NCBI GenBank assembly: GCA_002269645.1
Contig: NIVC01000591.1
Location: 372,001 to 436,000 of the forward strand
Length of the DNA stretch: 64,000 bases
Direction of reading: 5' to 3'
DNA from: Macrostomum lignano
Taxonomy: Eukaryota
This document shows, piece by piece, positions 13,312 through 25,472 of the stretch (positions are counted from its first letter, which is position 1; every line of letters begins with the position of its first letter). Below the pieces are notes generated by a model. The model was not told where the DNA came from and did no database searches. It was given only the letters and a program-made list of their open reading frames with translations. The position numbers and the translations under genes were made by a program.

Positions 13312-13371
13312 CCTCTCCCTTCTCTCCGCTCTCTCCCTCTCTCCTCTCCTCTCCCTCCTCTCCCTTCTCTC

Positions 13372-13454
<83 letters not shown>

Positions 13455-13500
13455 CCCTTCTCTCCCTCTCCCTCTCCCTCTGTCTCACTCTCCTCCCTCC
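13197..13500. repeat. (CT)n microsatellite / CT-rich tract
   Basis: Long pure CT runs with CTC interruptions. Confidence 0.95.
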
Positions 13501-14199
13501 TTTTTATCCCTCATCCCAGTCATCCACGCTATTCTCTCATTCTCCCTGAACACCTCTCTCTGCCTCTTAATTTATAATTCAACTCTCTAGGACATGTTAT
13601 TTTCTCTCGCTCCTCCAATATCTCATTACATACCTTCTCTTCAGCATCTGCATCCATGTTGTCTCGATCCATGTTCTCTCGAGTTCAAAAAACAAAGGAG
13701 GGAGAGAGAGCCGCATTCATCACAAGTTCCGGTCCAGTCTCCAGCTGCTTGCACTTGAGCTGCAGACTCTAAGAAAGACAGCTGCAGCAGACGAAGAAGA
13801 CGGAATGATGGAGCAACAAAATCTCACTGCAGTTGCAAATCAGGCTCCAGTTTCTCCTTGTCTTTCCGAGTGCCGCCCCTCGTTAGTTCCCTTCGCTGTC
13901 TCTCCTCCAGCCTTCCTTTTGGACTTTCTAACTTGTTCCACCCAATTGGGAAATCATAATAGCAGGTTGTCCGCGAATCCAGTCCAGGGGTTCCCCTGTC
14001 GCAAATTGCTGCCGAGTGTGCAACAGGGGTGAGCCAAGAAAGGCCCGAGACACCCGAGATACTGTGGTAGCATGTATCTGGGCTGTTATGAAAAAAAGCC
14101 AGATTTACAACGGATGCGTCGGTCTAAGGATCTTGCTTGGTTCTGCAAGCCGATGTTAGCTGCTGAAAAACTGCATAATTTATTGTGCTTCTGCGTGCG

Positions 14200-15178
14200 T
14201 GGGGGCTCCAATGAGGATATGGGGGCGGAAATGAGGATGTGGGGCGGAAATGAGGATGTGGGGCGGAAATGAGGATGTAGGGGCTCCAATGAGGATGTGG
14301 GGGCTGAAATGAGGATGTGGAGGCTCCAATGAGGATGTGGGGGCTGAAATGAGGATGTGGGGGCTCCAATGAGGATGTGGGGGCGGCAATGAGGATGTGG
14401 GGGCGGCAATGAGGATGTGGGGGCGGCAATGAGGATGTGGGGGCTCCAATGAGGATGTGGGGGCGGAAATGAGGATGTGGGGGCTCCAATGAGGATGTGG
14501 GGGCGGAAATGAGGATGTGGGAGTGCCAATGAGGAAATGGGGGCTCCAATGAGGATGTGGGGGCGCCAATGAGGATTTGGGGGCGCCAATGAGGATTTGG
14601 GGGCGCCAATGAGGATGTGGGGGCGCCAATGAGGATGTGGGGGCTCCAATGAGGATGTGGGGGCGCCAATGAGGATTTGGGGGCGCCAATGAGGATTTGA
14701 GGGCTCCAATGAGGATGTGGGAGCGCCAATGAGGATGTGGGGGCGCCAATGAGGATGTGGGGGCTCCAATGAGGATGTGGGGGCGTAAATGAAGAAGTGA
14801 GGCGCCAATTAAGAAGTGGGGCGCCAATTAAGAAGTGAGGCGCCAATTAAGAAGTGAGGCGCCAATTAAGAAGTGAGGCGCTAATTAAGAAGTGAGGCGC
14901 CAATTAAGAAGTGGGGCGCCAATTAAGAAGTGAGGCGCCAATTAAGAAGTGAGGCGCCAATTAAGAAGTGAGGCGCTAATTAAGAAGTGAGGCGCCAATT
15001 AAGAAGTGGGGAGCCAATGAGGAAGTGGGGGCGCCAATGAGGAAGTGGGGGGCGCTAATGAGGAAGTGGGGATGCCAATGAGGAAGTGGGGGTGCCAATG
15101 AGGATGTGAGGGCGCCAATGAGGAAGTGGGGGCGCCAATGAGGAAGTGGGGGCGCCAATGAGGAAGTAGGGCGCCAAT
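14200..15178. repeat. Compound GGCGCC-core minisatellite: 20-bp (GGCGCCAATGAGGATGTGGG)n then 19-bp (GAGGCGCCAATTAAGAAGT)n then a 20-bp variant
   Basis: Three adjacent sub-arrays read directly; explains the P/H-rich ORFs 14086..14846. Confidence 0.95.
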
Positions 15179-15909
15179 GAGTAATCGTGTACTTGGCCTT
15201 TAAATGCGACAACCTGGGCTATAAAAAGTGCAGTCAAGCAGCAACAACTGCTTGGTTGGAATGAATAGATTGCTAATTTGACTTTTCCCGTTGCTGTGCC
15301 GTTTATTTTGGGAGGGTTTTTTAAACAGAAATGTGGGAAAATCCTGGGCAAATGAGGTGCCAGGGGACACTCAGAAGGAGGCTGGATGGGGCGGTGTCCG
15401 CTGGTGAAGCTGGCAAATTCCCCTTTTTCTTCCTACTCCCATTGACACTCTCTGGGGAGCGGCTGTAGAGATGGGAGGACAGCTCATTAAGAGTTCCAAG
15501 ACCAGTGAACCAAGTGGGAGCACAAACACAAATCAATGCAAACAGTTGCATGTAGTTGGAGATGCTGGAGTAGTTTAGAGCTAAAAGCTTAAATCTCTTC
15601 TTCCCTTTAAAGCTCCTCTATCAATATGCATAATATGCAAATCGTTTTACAGAATAGGGGAGAGTCAAGTTCGGTCTGGTTGTTATCAGCGGGCAGACAG
15701 GATTTGCACTGCGGGAGGCTGGGGCGCATAGCGGAGACTTTCACAGATCGCATTTCGGATGGCGTACTGGATTTACTGAAAATTAGATCTCTCTGAGAAA
15801 CTTTCACTTGGGAGACTGACAGCCATTAATGGCTTTGAATGCGGAGGTTTTGCGGCTCGGTCGGGGATCGTTTTGAAGTCGGGTAAGAGGAGACTATTAA
15901 GGGCCTGAT

Positions 15910-16165
15910 GCAGGGATTCTGTGACGTCAAATGGAGAAGATTCTGTGACACTTGATGGGATTCTGTGATGCCTGATGAAGAGGATTCTGTGATGCCTGAT
16001 GGGGAAGATTCTGTGATGCCTGATGGAGAAGATTCTGTCATGCCTGATTGAGAGAATTCTGTGATGCCTGATGGGGAAGATTCTGTGATGCCTGATGGAG
16101 AAGATTCTGTGATGCCTGATGGAGAAGATTCTGTGATGCCTGATGGAAAAGATTCTGTGAAGCCG
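15910..16165. repeat. 24-bp minisatellite (GATTCTGTGATGCCTGATGGAGAA)n
   Basis: About 10 units immediately inside the intron downstream of the SEA exon donor. Confidence 0.92.
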
Positions 16166-16206
16166 AATGATGAAGAATGAAACAGGAAAACTCCCCTCAA
16201 GCTCAC

Positions 16207-16600
16207 CGAAACGCCAAAACCTTGGCCGTCTGATTGCCGGCATACTGATAGAAAATCGCGTCTATCTCTCGTTCCATTCGCTCCGCCAAGGATTCGAACT
16301 CCGGACCGCTCGGGTCGGCTAGAGCCGGTTGCCACTGATCGCGAAATCCGAGAATCAACCGGAAACTGAGGGGCTGGCAGGAAAGATTAACAAAGACTGC
16401 CGGCTGGGTCTCTGTGCCAGAAACCAATCTGCCAGACTCTGCATTCACGCAGAAGCAGATCCGGTTGTTGCTATTGCTGCTGCTGTGGCTTAAGCACTGC
16501 CCGACATTGTACAGCTCAGGGCGTTGCGGATTGCAGCTGGGTCTTTGTACAGCAGTCTTTGACGAGTCTTTGTTCCACCCCAGCCACGCCGGCGCTTTCG
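16207..16600 (-). CDS. Exon encoding a thyroglobulin type-1 repeat plus the N-terminal half of a SEA domain (partial gene)
   Basis: PSC....LYNVGQC...ICFCVNAESGRLVSGTE...C fits the TY consensus (QC..CWCVD..G....GT). FRLILGFRDQWQPALADPSGPEFESLAERMEREIDAIF resembles perlecan/mucin SEA domains. Donor CG|GTGAGC at 16206. The 5' boundary is approximate. Confidence 0.7.
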
Positions 16601-16774
16601 GATGAAACGGCGGCGAGTTCAAAGAGTAGACAGCAAAGAATCTGCATGGCAAATCTGGAAATTTTGTACGGGGAGATTCTGAATAGAATTTCGTTGCTTT
16701 ACAAAGTTATTTACGATACATATCGGTGCAAAGCACTGGCTCTACTGATTTTTTTGTCCGAGGATTAATGGTGA

Positions 16775-17345
16775 GGAAATGATGGCGCTAAATTAGAAAA
16801 TGATGGCGCTAAATTAGGAAATGATGGCGCCAACCTAGGAAATGATGGCGCCAAACTTGGAAATGATAGCGCCAAACTAGGAAATGATAGCGCCAAACTA
16901 GGAAGTTCTGGCGCCAAACTAGAAAATGATGGCGCCAAACTTGGAAATGATGGCGCCAAAATAGGAAATGATAGCGCCAAACTAGGAAGTGCTGGCGCCA
17001 AACTAGGAAATGATGGCACCAAACTGGAAAATGATAGCGCCAAACTAGGAAATGATAGCGCCAAACTAGGAAGTTCTGGCGCCAAACTAGGAAATGATGG
17101 CGCCAAACTTGAAAATGATGGCGCCAAACTTGAAAATGATGGCGCCAAACTAGGAAATGATGGCGCCAAGCTAGGAAATGATGGCGCCAAGCTAGGAAAT
17201 GCTAGCGCCAAACTAGGAAATGCTAGCGCCAAAATAGGAAATGCTAGCGCCAAACTAGGAAATTTTGGCGCCAAACTATGAAAAGTTGGTGCCAAATTAA
17301 GAAATGAAGGCGCTGACTTAAAAAATGATTACGCCAAATTAATAA
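16775..17345. repeat. 21-bp GGCGCC-core minisatellite (ATGGCGCCAAACTAGGAAATG)n
   Basis: About 27 units; explains ORF 16765..17295 (LAPSFPS)n. Confidence 0.95.
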
Positions 17346-17707
17346 ATGAAAATGACAGATGACTCGCCATTGTCACATTCTTTCTTTTTACCGATTAACT
17401 TCGCAATAAAATCGAAAGTCAGATTAATGATTAATTACTGTGATTCTTCGCATTGCATTATCAAAGTGCAGCTTGAACCCGCCATCCTGTCAGTGGTTAG
17501 CACACACAATGCTGACATGCACAAGATGCAGTTTGTTGCAAAATCTTCTTGCTAAAGCAAGCGTGAAGAAGAAACTTTTTCGATCTTTCTGCCACCAAGT
17601 CAGCAAGTGCTTAGATGATGTCTTGGTGGAGCAGGGAGCAGAAAAATAATGCTAACAGAATTTTAAGGCCTTAGAGATTTAATGTATTGTGATTTCAGCT
17701 CGTTTAT

Positions 17708-18242
<535 letters not shown>

Positions 18243-19134
18243 ATTCAGCTGGAGAAACCACGTCAGTTGAGAGCATTAATGGACTACAGATGCCGAATTT
18301 CAGAAAACACACTGCCATTTCTCGCAGCAGCGTGATCCAGGGTCTCATTGCGCGCATTTTTCGACCTTCTAAAATGTACCTACGAGCGTACATGTAGCGA
18401 AGTGTATGACCTGACGGCCCGGGGCACAGTTATACATGTACAATGCAGATACATTATCTCAAGCGTCTGGCAAAACTCAGAAACTTTGCAGTTCTCGATC
18501 CAACTATTTTTAACAGTAGTTTATAATTAGTAATAGTGTCAAAAAAGGTTCTTTATCTTTCTACAGTAAAAGCCTGTATATAGCTTCAAGTCTGCATATC
18601 TATCAATCTGTATCTGAGCTGAGAGCCCGGGCTCACTGGAGCGTGAGTGAATTCAATGCTACCCAAACCGACAACAACACCTTTAGAGCAGTCAAACACG
18701 CAATCACACAGGCCATCATCCTGCAGGGATTTAAAGCCTTATATAAGCTGAAAGGGTTTCGACCATTGTCTAGTCTAGTTCCTAAATCTACAATCATATA
18801 GACGTGCTTTCCTTCTCTAGAGTTGCTGCAGTGTTGCGTGAATAATTATGCATCAACTCTGGTTTTGGACTGGCGTTGCATTCATTGTTGTTGTTGGCAT
18901 GCCTGCCGCTCTGGGGCCATCTATGCGCGGGGCTGTCACGGTTGAAGGGGCGGCCCGACAAAGGCGGCGGTTTTTTGGGGGGATGCTAAAGTGGAAGTCT
19001 GTTTGTGGACAAGACTGGCTTTTGTTGGAGTTTAAGATGGCCTTAGGGAAGATTGAGATCGACGGGTAGATTAAACAGAACGAGAGAGATAAAAGATTAG
19101 ATAGATGAGAAAGAGGCTTAGCGGGGTTGGGAAG

Positions 19135-20172
19135 ATAGACAGGCATAGAGAGACAGGCATATAGAGACAGGCATATAGAGACAGGCATAGGGAGACAGGC
19201 ATAGAGAGACAGGCATAGAGAGACAAACATATAGAGACAGGCATAAGGAGACAGGCATAGAGAGACAGGCATAGAGAGACAAACATAGAGAGACAGGCAT
19301 AGAGAGACAGACATAGAGAGAGACAGGCGTAGAGAGACAGGCATAGAGAGACAGGGATAGAGAGACAGGCATAGAGAGACAGGCATAGAGAGACAGGTAT
19401 AGAGAGACAGGCATATAGAGACAGGCATAGAGAGACAGGCAAACAGAGACAGGTATAGAGAGACAGGCATATAGAGACAGGCATAGAGAGACAGGCAAAC
19501 AGAGACAGGTATAGAGAGACAGGCATAGGGAGACAGACATAGGGAGACAGGCATAGAGAGACAGGCATAGAGAGACAAACATATAGAGACAGGCATAAGG
19601 AGACAGGCATATAGAGACAGGCATATAGAGACAGGCATAGGGAGACAGGCATAGAGAGACAGGCAAATGGAGACAGGCATAGAGAGACAGGCAAACAGAG
19701 ACAGGTATAGAGAGACAGGCATATAGAGACAGGCATAGAGAGACAGGCATATAGAGACAGGCATAGAGAGACAGGCATAGAGAGACAGGCATAGAGAGAC
19801 AGGCAAACAGAAACAGGTATAGAGAGGCAGGCATAGAGAGACAGGCATAGAGAGACAGGCAAACAGAGACAGGTATAGAGAGACAGGCATAGGGAGACAG
19901 ACATAGGGAGACAGGCATAGAGAGACAGGCATAGAGAGAGACAGGCATAGAGAGACAGGCATAGAGAGACAGGCATAGAGAGACAGGCATAGAGAGAGAC
20001 AGGCATAGAGAGACAGGCATAGAGAGAGACAGGCATAGAGAGACAGGCATAGAGAGACAGGCATAGAGAGACAGGCATAGAGAGACAGACATAGAGAGAC
20101 AGGCATAGAGATACAGGCATAGGGAGACAGGCACAGGAAGTACAGGAAGTAGACAGGCATAGAGAGACAGGC
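19135..20172. repeat. 14-bp minisatellite (GAGAGACAGGCATA)n
   Basis: About 74 units; all three minus-frame ORFs show 14-residue periodicity. Confidence 0.96.
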
Positions 20173-20278
20173 AGTAAAGGACAGTTAGGGAACGGCAAGG
20201 CAAGGATATGCAGGCCATAATGACATAAATAAGCCAAATACAAAGCAGTCACAGCTGCCCGATACCAAAGCAACTCAC

Positions 20279-20558
20279 AGTCAGTCCGAGTCGAACTTGT
20301 TACAGTTACAGCAGTAGTCGCGGACCTGCTGGTGCTGTCAAATCCCGGTTGCACCAGATCGGTTGGCAGAGTTGGCAGAGCGATGCGGGTCACTGCGACC
20401 CCGGTGCCAACGGCTGGAGAGGCAGGCGAGCTGGACGGTCCAACAGGAGACGATGAGGGCGGCACCGAGGCTCCCGATGGCTGTCCGTCGCCGCTGGCCC
20501 GTCCGCGGCCGAGGTCCTCGTCGTCAAGAGGCCAGGCGCCTGAGCCGCTGCCGCTGCC
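20279..20558 (-). CDS. Probable upstream exon of the TY-SEA gene (Ser/Pro/Thr-rich linker)
   Basis: GC-rich open frame GSGSGSGAWPLDDEDLG...ATTAVTVTSSTRTD between acceptor cgtaaag (20560-20559) and donor GTGAGT (20278). Linkage to 16207..16600 is inferred from strand and position only. Confidence 0.4.
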
Positions 20559-22003
20559 CTTTACGAAGCAGATTAACAAAAATCAAATTTAAATCTTATT
20601 TATTACAAAAAACATCGTTTCAAAAAAGAAATAAATTTAATTGTTTGAATGCGAAAATTTTATCTAAACGAAAAAATGTGGGCTTGTAAAACCAAGCCAT
20701 GATTTAATAAAAAAACTAATACTTTTATTTAAATAATTTTACATGTTTGTTAGTGATGTTAATAATTCCATAGTTCAATAGTTCCAATTATTTAATTTTT
20801 TTATAAAATTGATTAGAACACAGCTGATTTGTGATGTATTTAAACTAAATAACCTTAAGATCAACTTTTCATATAAATTTTTTACACAAAACAAAAAGAC
20901 GCCATTTACTTTACATTTATTAAAACTTTTAAAAGAATTTATTAAATATTTTTCAGTGAAAAATCATTAAAACTTACCTTTACAGACGAAAGAGTAGTCT
21001 GCGCATTTGCCTGAGACAGTCCGTATCCTGTCAGTTGAATTTGAATTGCTACGAGCAGCAGAGAAATTTGCAATGCTTTCATGGGTACTTCGAAAACGTC
21101 ATTAGACAATAAAGTAATAATTTATTCTGAAGGCAATAGTTAAAACAGTGGCTATTATCTTAATATTCTATCATATTGACATGCTTTGGTTTTCTGGTAA
21201 AAAAACCAATGGTTATATTTTGAATATAGAGGGCGCGATAAATGTAACTCGTTAAAACAAAAATGAAAAGCTTGACTACCAAAAAACTATAGGTTAACTT
21301 TACCTGATGTAATTCAAAGTATAAATTAAGTTTATAATTAAAAATCAGTATATAACAAATGTAAATTTATTACGATCGTACATTAATTTGTCACCTGTTT
21401 GTTTCAACCACCTTGGTTAAATTACGTATTTTTGTTGAATTTCTTATCATTTTGAAATTTATAAATTCAAGAAAAGAAGTATATAGAATTTTGTAAAATC
21501 TAAAAATTCAAACCAAGAAGTTATTGTATGAAAATTGTTAACTAATTTTGAATTCTTCTTGAAATATCAATCGCGACATGTTAAAAGTTAAAACGGAATC
21601 TCATTGAAATTAAGTAACTAATATTACAGCGATTAAATTTCGTTTCATGTTATAAGAGCATACGCTCGTATTTATATATATTTTAATAGTATCGTACTCG
21701 CACGCGCATACTTCTTTTTAAGTAGTGATAAAAATCACAGATTTTTAGAAGAAAAAGTTACTTTATTCACTTTACATTCAAAAAAGCAATAATTAAAAAA
21801 GTGCAACAGCTTTGTTCATTTACTTATAGTATGCAGCAATAATAGTTGCAAAATTATATTATGAAATGCAAAGCAAAAACTCTTAACATTAAAAAAATTA
21901 CGACGTACACGTAACATGCTTCTATTAACTATATAGTATTAAAGTAAGTGCTGCAATGATTGGCATGCTTGTTTACTTTTGGAGCATTACGATAAAATAA
22001 AAA

Positions 22004-24521
22004 TCAATGACGTCTGGCTGATCGCGACTGTCTGGAATTCGAGCGCTTATTCTTCTTCTTTTTAGAATCTGCAGTTCGCCTTTGCTTACTTTTCGTCGAT
22101 TGTTGGCGCCTGCCGGATTTACCGTCGGCGTCTCGTCGCTTGACGCCCTCGTCGCGACGAGCGGATTTTTTGTCGCGGCCTCTGCTGCCGGATCGCCTCC
22201 TCCTCTGGCTGCTGCTGTTGTAGGCCCGACGCTTCTGATCGTCCCATTCAACCATAGCGGCCGTGAAGCTGGAAGCCGCATCATCATTATTGCCGTCGGA
22301 GTTGCAAGCCGGCTGAACGCTCGGTTCGGGGGTGCGCAGGTACGCGAACCTGCTGCTGTCGTTAACGACAGACAACGACGGATCGCAGAGCGTTGGCGAG
22401 TCTTGCCAGTGCTGCCTGCGGGCTACTCGGTTGCGACTTTTCACGTTACTGGCTGACAGATTCGACCGGTTGGAGGACCGACCCAAGCTGGTGGCCTGGT
22501 CGGGTTTTGAGCAGTCACCCACGTCCAGCTCGACTTTGGACTCAACTGTCACGATTTCATTTTTAGTGCTACCAATCGACAGTGCCGTCGTGTCGCCGGC
22601 GTTTGTCTTCTGTTCGTCGACTTTCTTCCCCAGCCGATCGGATGGCGGAATGGCTTCCATGATGGCGGAAAACTGACTGTCGGGCGGCGGAAGCTGCAAC
22701 GCCGTGGCTGCCAGAGTCTGGTCCTGCTCGCTGCCAACCGCTGACATGCTGGATTGGCCTTTTTTCAGTCTCAACGATGAGGCTCGATCTTTATTGTTCG
22801 ATTTATCACCGGTGGCGCTGGTCTTTGGGGAATCCGCAAGCTTAGGCGGCTGACCCTGGATCTGCCTGCACAGCTCTGTCAGCAGTGTCTGACTGGCATC
22901 GCCGCAGGTTAAAGTTAAGAACTCCGACAAGGAATCGTCCAGTCGATCAAGCAGCACCGCAGGCGGCGCCGGCAGCATCAGCTCGGCGGAGTCTGCGCTG
23001 TCACAGTTGGCACCTGCGGCTTCCACCAGACGCGAGCTGCTGCCCAACACCCGCTGGCTGTCTGAGCCGTACACGTGACCGAACAGAGCCTGCAGCAGTA
23101 AGCTCAGGTCATATTCTGTCCGACTGGGGCAACTCAAATTCAGCTGCTCGACAGAGGCTGCTGCAGAGGCGGCTGCCGCGGTGCTGTCGGCGGCCTGGTG
23201 GCTGCTGTCGCGATGCTGCTTCGGGCTCTCTGACTCGCTCAGTGGCTGCTGCTGCTGCTTGCGGTTGTGGACTGAGCGCTTTGCTGTTTGGATGGAGTTA
23301 AAGAGATTGATGGTCTTAGCCATGTGTAGATACGCTTTTTAAAATGGAGGCAAATTATATAACTGCTCGTGTATTGTTGCAAAAACTTACTATAGTTATT
23401 TAACGACTTCTGAATTGGAATATCTGCAAATGGGGATGTACATGTAAATTTTGTTGAGTTAAAGAAGGAATTGTGGAATTTTGGAACTTTTTAAAATACC
23501 AAATCTGCAGTTTCGGAATTTCAACCTACCCCATTTAATATCAAATCTACCCCATTTCCTATTCAATCTACTACCCCATTTCCTATCAAATCTACCCCAT
23601 TTCCTATCTAATCTTCCCCATTCCCTATCAAATCTACCCCATTTCCTATCTAATCTACCCCATTTTCTATCAAATCTACCCCATTTCCTATCAAATCTAC
23701 CCCATTTTCTATCAAATCTACCCCATTTCCTATCAAATCTACCCCAGTTAATATCAAATCTACCCCATTTCCTATCAAATCTACCCCAGTTAATATCAAA
23801 TCTACCCCATTTCCTATCAAATCTATCCCATTTCCTATCTAATCTACCCCATTTCCTATCAAATCTACCCCATTTCCTATCTAATCTAACCCATTTCCTA
23901 TCAAATCTACCCCATTTCCTATCCAATCTACCCCATTTCCTATCAAATCTACCCCATTTCCTATCAAATCTACCCCATTTCCTATCAAATCTACCCCATT
24001 TCCTATCTAATCTACCCCATTTCCTATCCAACCTACCCTATCCAACCTACCCCATTCCCTATCCAACCTACCCAGCAGGTCGCGATCTCACCTTTCTCCT
24101 GCTCAGCCGGTCTCTGTCGTTGGTCGCAGTCCTTAGAGTTCAATTTGAGTTTAGAGCTCCACTGCTGCAGCCACAGGCTCTGCTGCACCAGCAGTTTTTC
24201 ACCAGCAGAAGAGGCCTCGCCTGAAGCGGCTTTCGCGGAGACCAGACCCCGCAGGGTGTCACTGGACACTCGATCCGATGCGCATCGAACTGTTCTCAAT
24301 GACGCATCGCTGATCACATCTAGCTCGGGATCTTTGTTAGTTACTACATAATCCTCTTCTAGTAGACATGAAGAGTCAGTCGGTCCAGGTGCGTCTGAGA
24401 TGACGGTCTTTCTTTTACTTTGATGAGACGGTTGCTTCGGAGTAGTCACCGCAACGGAGGTTGGCAGGAATAGCTTCGGTTGCGACACCCTGGTCACGGT
24501 GGGTCGCCTAGGGTTCATCAT
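22004..24521 (-). CDS. Uncharacterised two-exon protein (~586 aa), Ser/Ala/Asp-rich with a basic C-terminal tail
   Basis: complement(join(22004..23334,24092..24521)). Donor AAAG|GTGAGA (phase 1) matches acceptor ttttaaaaag|CG (phase 1). Both exons are GC-rich long ORFs; no family recognised. Confidence 0.7.
23522..24072. repeat. 21-bp intronic minisatellite (ATCAAATCTACCCCATTTCCT)n
   Basis: About 26 units filling the intron 23335..24091. Confidence 0.95.
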
Positions 24522-25472
24522 TATTGGTATAGTTTCTTGTATAAGACCGTGATAATTTACTGAGATAATACACGCATTAGTAAAGAAGCTATAGCGATTT
24601 TAAAATAAAGAAGTTTAGACAGAAATTAATAAAAAAAATTCATGACCACAGTTGAAACAGCCAATTATATGTTTGTCTATGGTCTGCATCCAAGCATGCA
24701 CTAATAAGGATATGTTATATGAGTACATGTGAGAGTGAGATAGCCAATGAGTGAGTGAATGAGTGAGTGAATGAATGAGTGAATGAGTGAGTGATATTAA
24801 TAGCTAGTAAGTGATTAAGTGAAAACAGTCTCGTTCACACTGCCATCAATGAGCCATCAAATCAAATGCCACAAACCTTGAGGTCAATTAGCTAGCTGTA
24901 TAAGTGAGTGAACAAAGACAGAGCCATGCAAAAACAGGCCTTGAACATACGCGCGCCTCAGCTAACCTTAAAAACGATTACTCTGTTACGTATGTCAGGT
25001 AGTAGAGCAGGGCGATATATATTATACGCATTTCTCTCTTAGGCATTTTGTAACCTAATTATTATTATAGATAAAAAAACATGCAAGTACCAGCTTTGGC
25101 ACCATAAAATAATCACCCCAACAACTTTGAACAAACCCTTAATTGAAAGTTGAGACTTAAGAGCCAATCGGAATCAGTGCAGGCAGGCATGAAGGGGGTG
25201 AGGTTGAGCTGACCAGTGTACTGAAGTGCTGAGATTTAACACATGTACACTTAATAGCAAAGCGCGGTATCTTAGTAGACGAAATAGCTATTTAGCAAGT
25301 TAAACTTGATAAGAGGGACCCCGATCAGCCAATCAAATTTCAGCAATCGATGTACACACATTAAAATTGCCCAATTCAGCATAAAAAGGGAGATGAGCAA
25401 TTCCAGTCACTACTTCACAACGACTGCTTGCTTCACTGTGAAAGAGACACGTTTGCAGCCCAATTCACAAAT
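24522..25472. promoter_or_regulatory. Divergent (head-to-head) promoter region with CCAAT boxes and a TATA-like element
   Basis: Start codons at 24521 (-) and 25473 (+). AGCCAATC with CCAAT at 25164-25168 and 25329-25333; CATAAAAA at 25380-25387, about 90 bp upstream of the DnaJ ATG. Confidence 0.5.

Noticed and set aside
13700-14170. Possible terminal exon or gene fragment on the minus strand (AANIGLQNQARSLDRRIRCKSGFFS)
   Set aside because: No recognisable domain or consistent splice partner.
15607-15807. Candidate next exon of the SEA gene (phase-2 acceptor at ~15778)
   Set aside because: The translation KSSTPSEMRSV does not continue the SEA fold, whereas 4324..4555 does. It cannot be fully excluded as an alternative exon.
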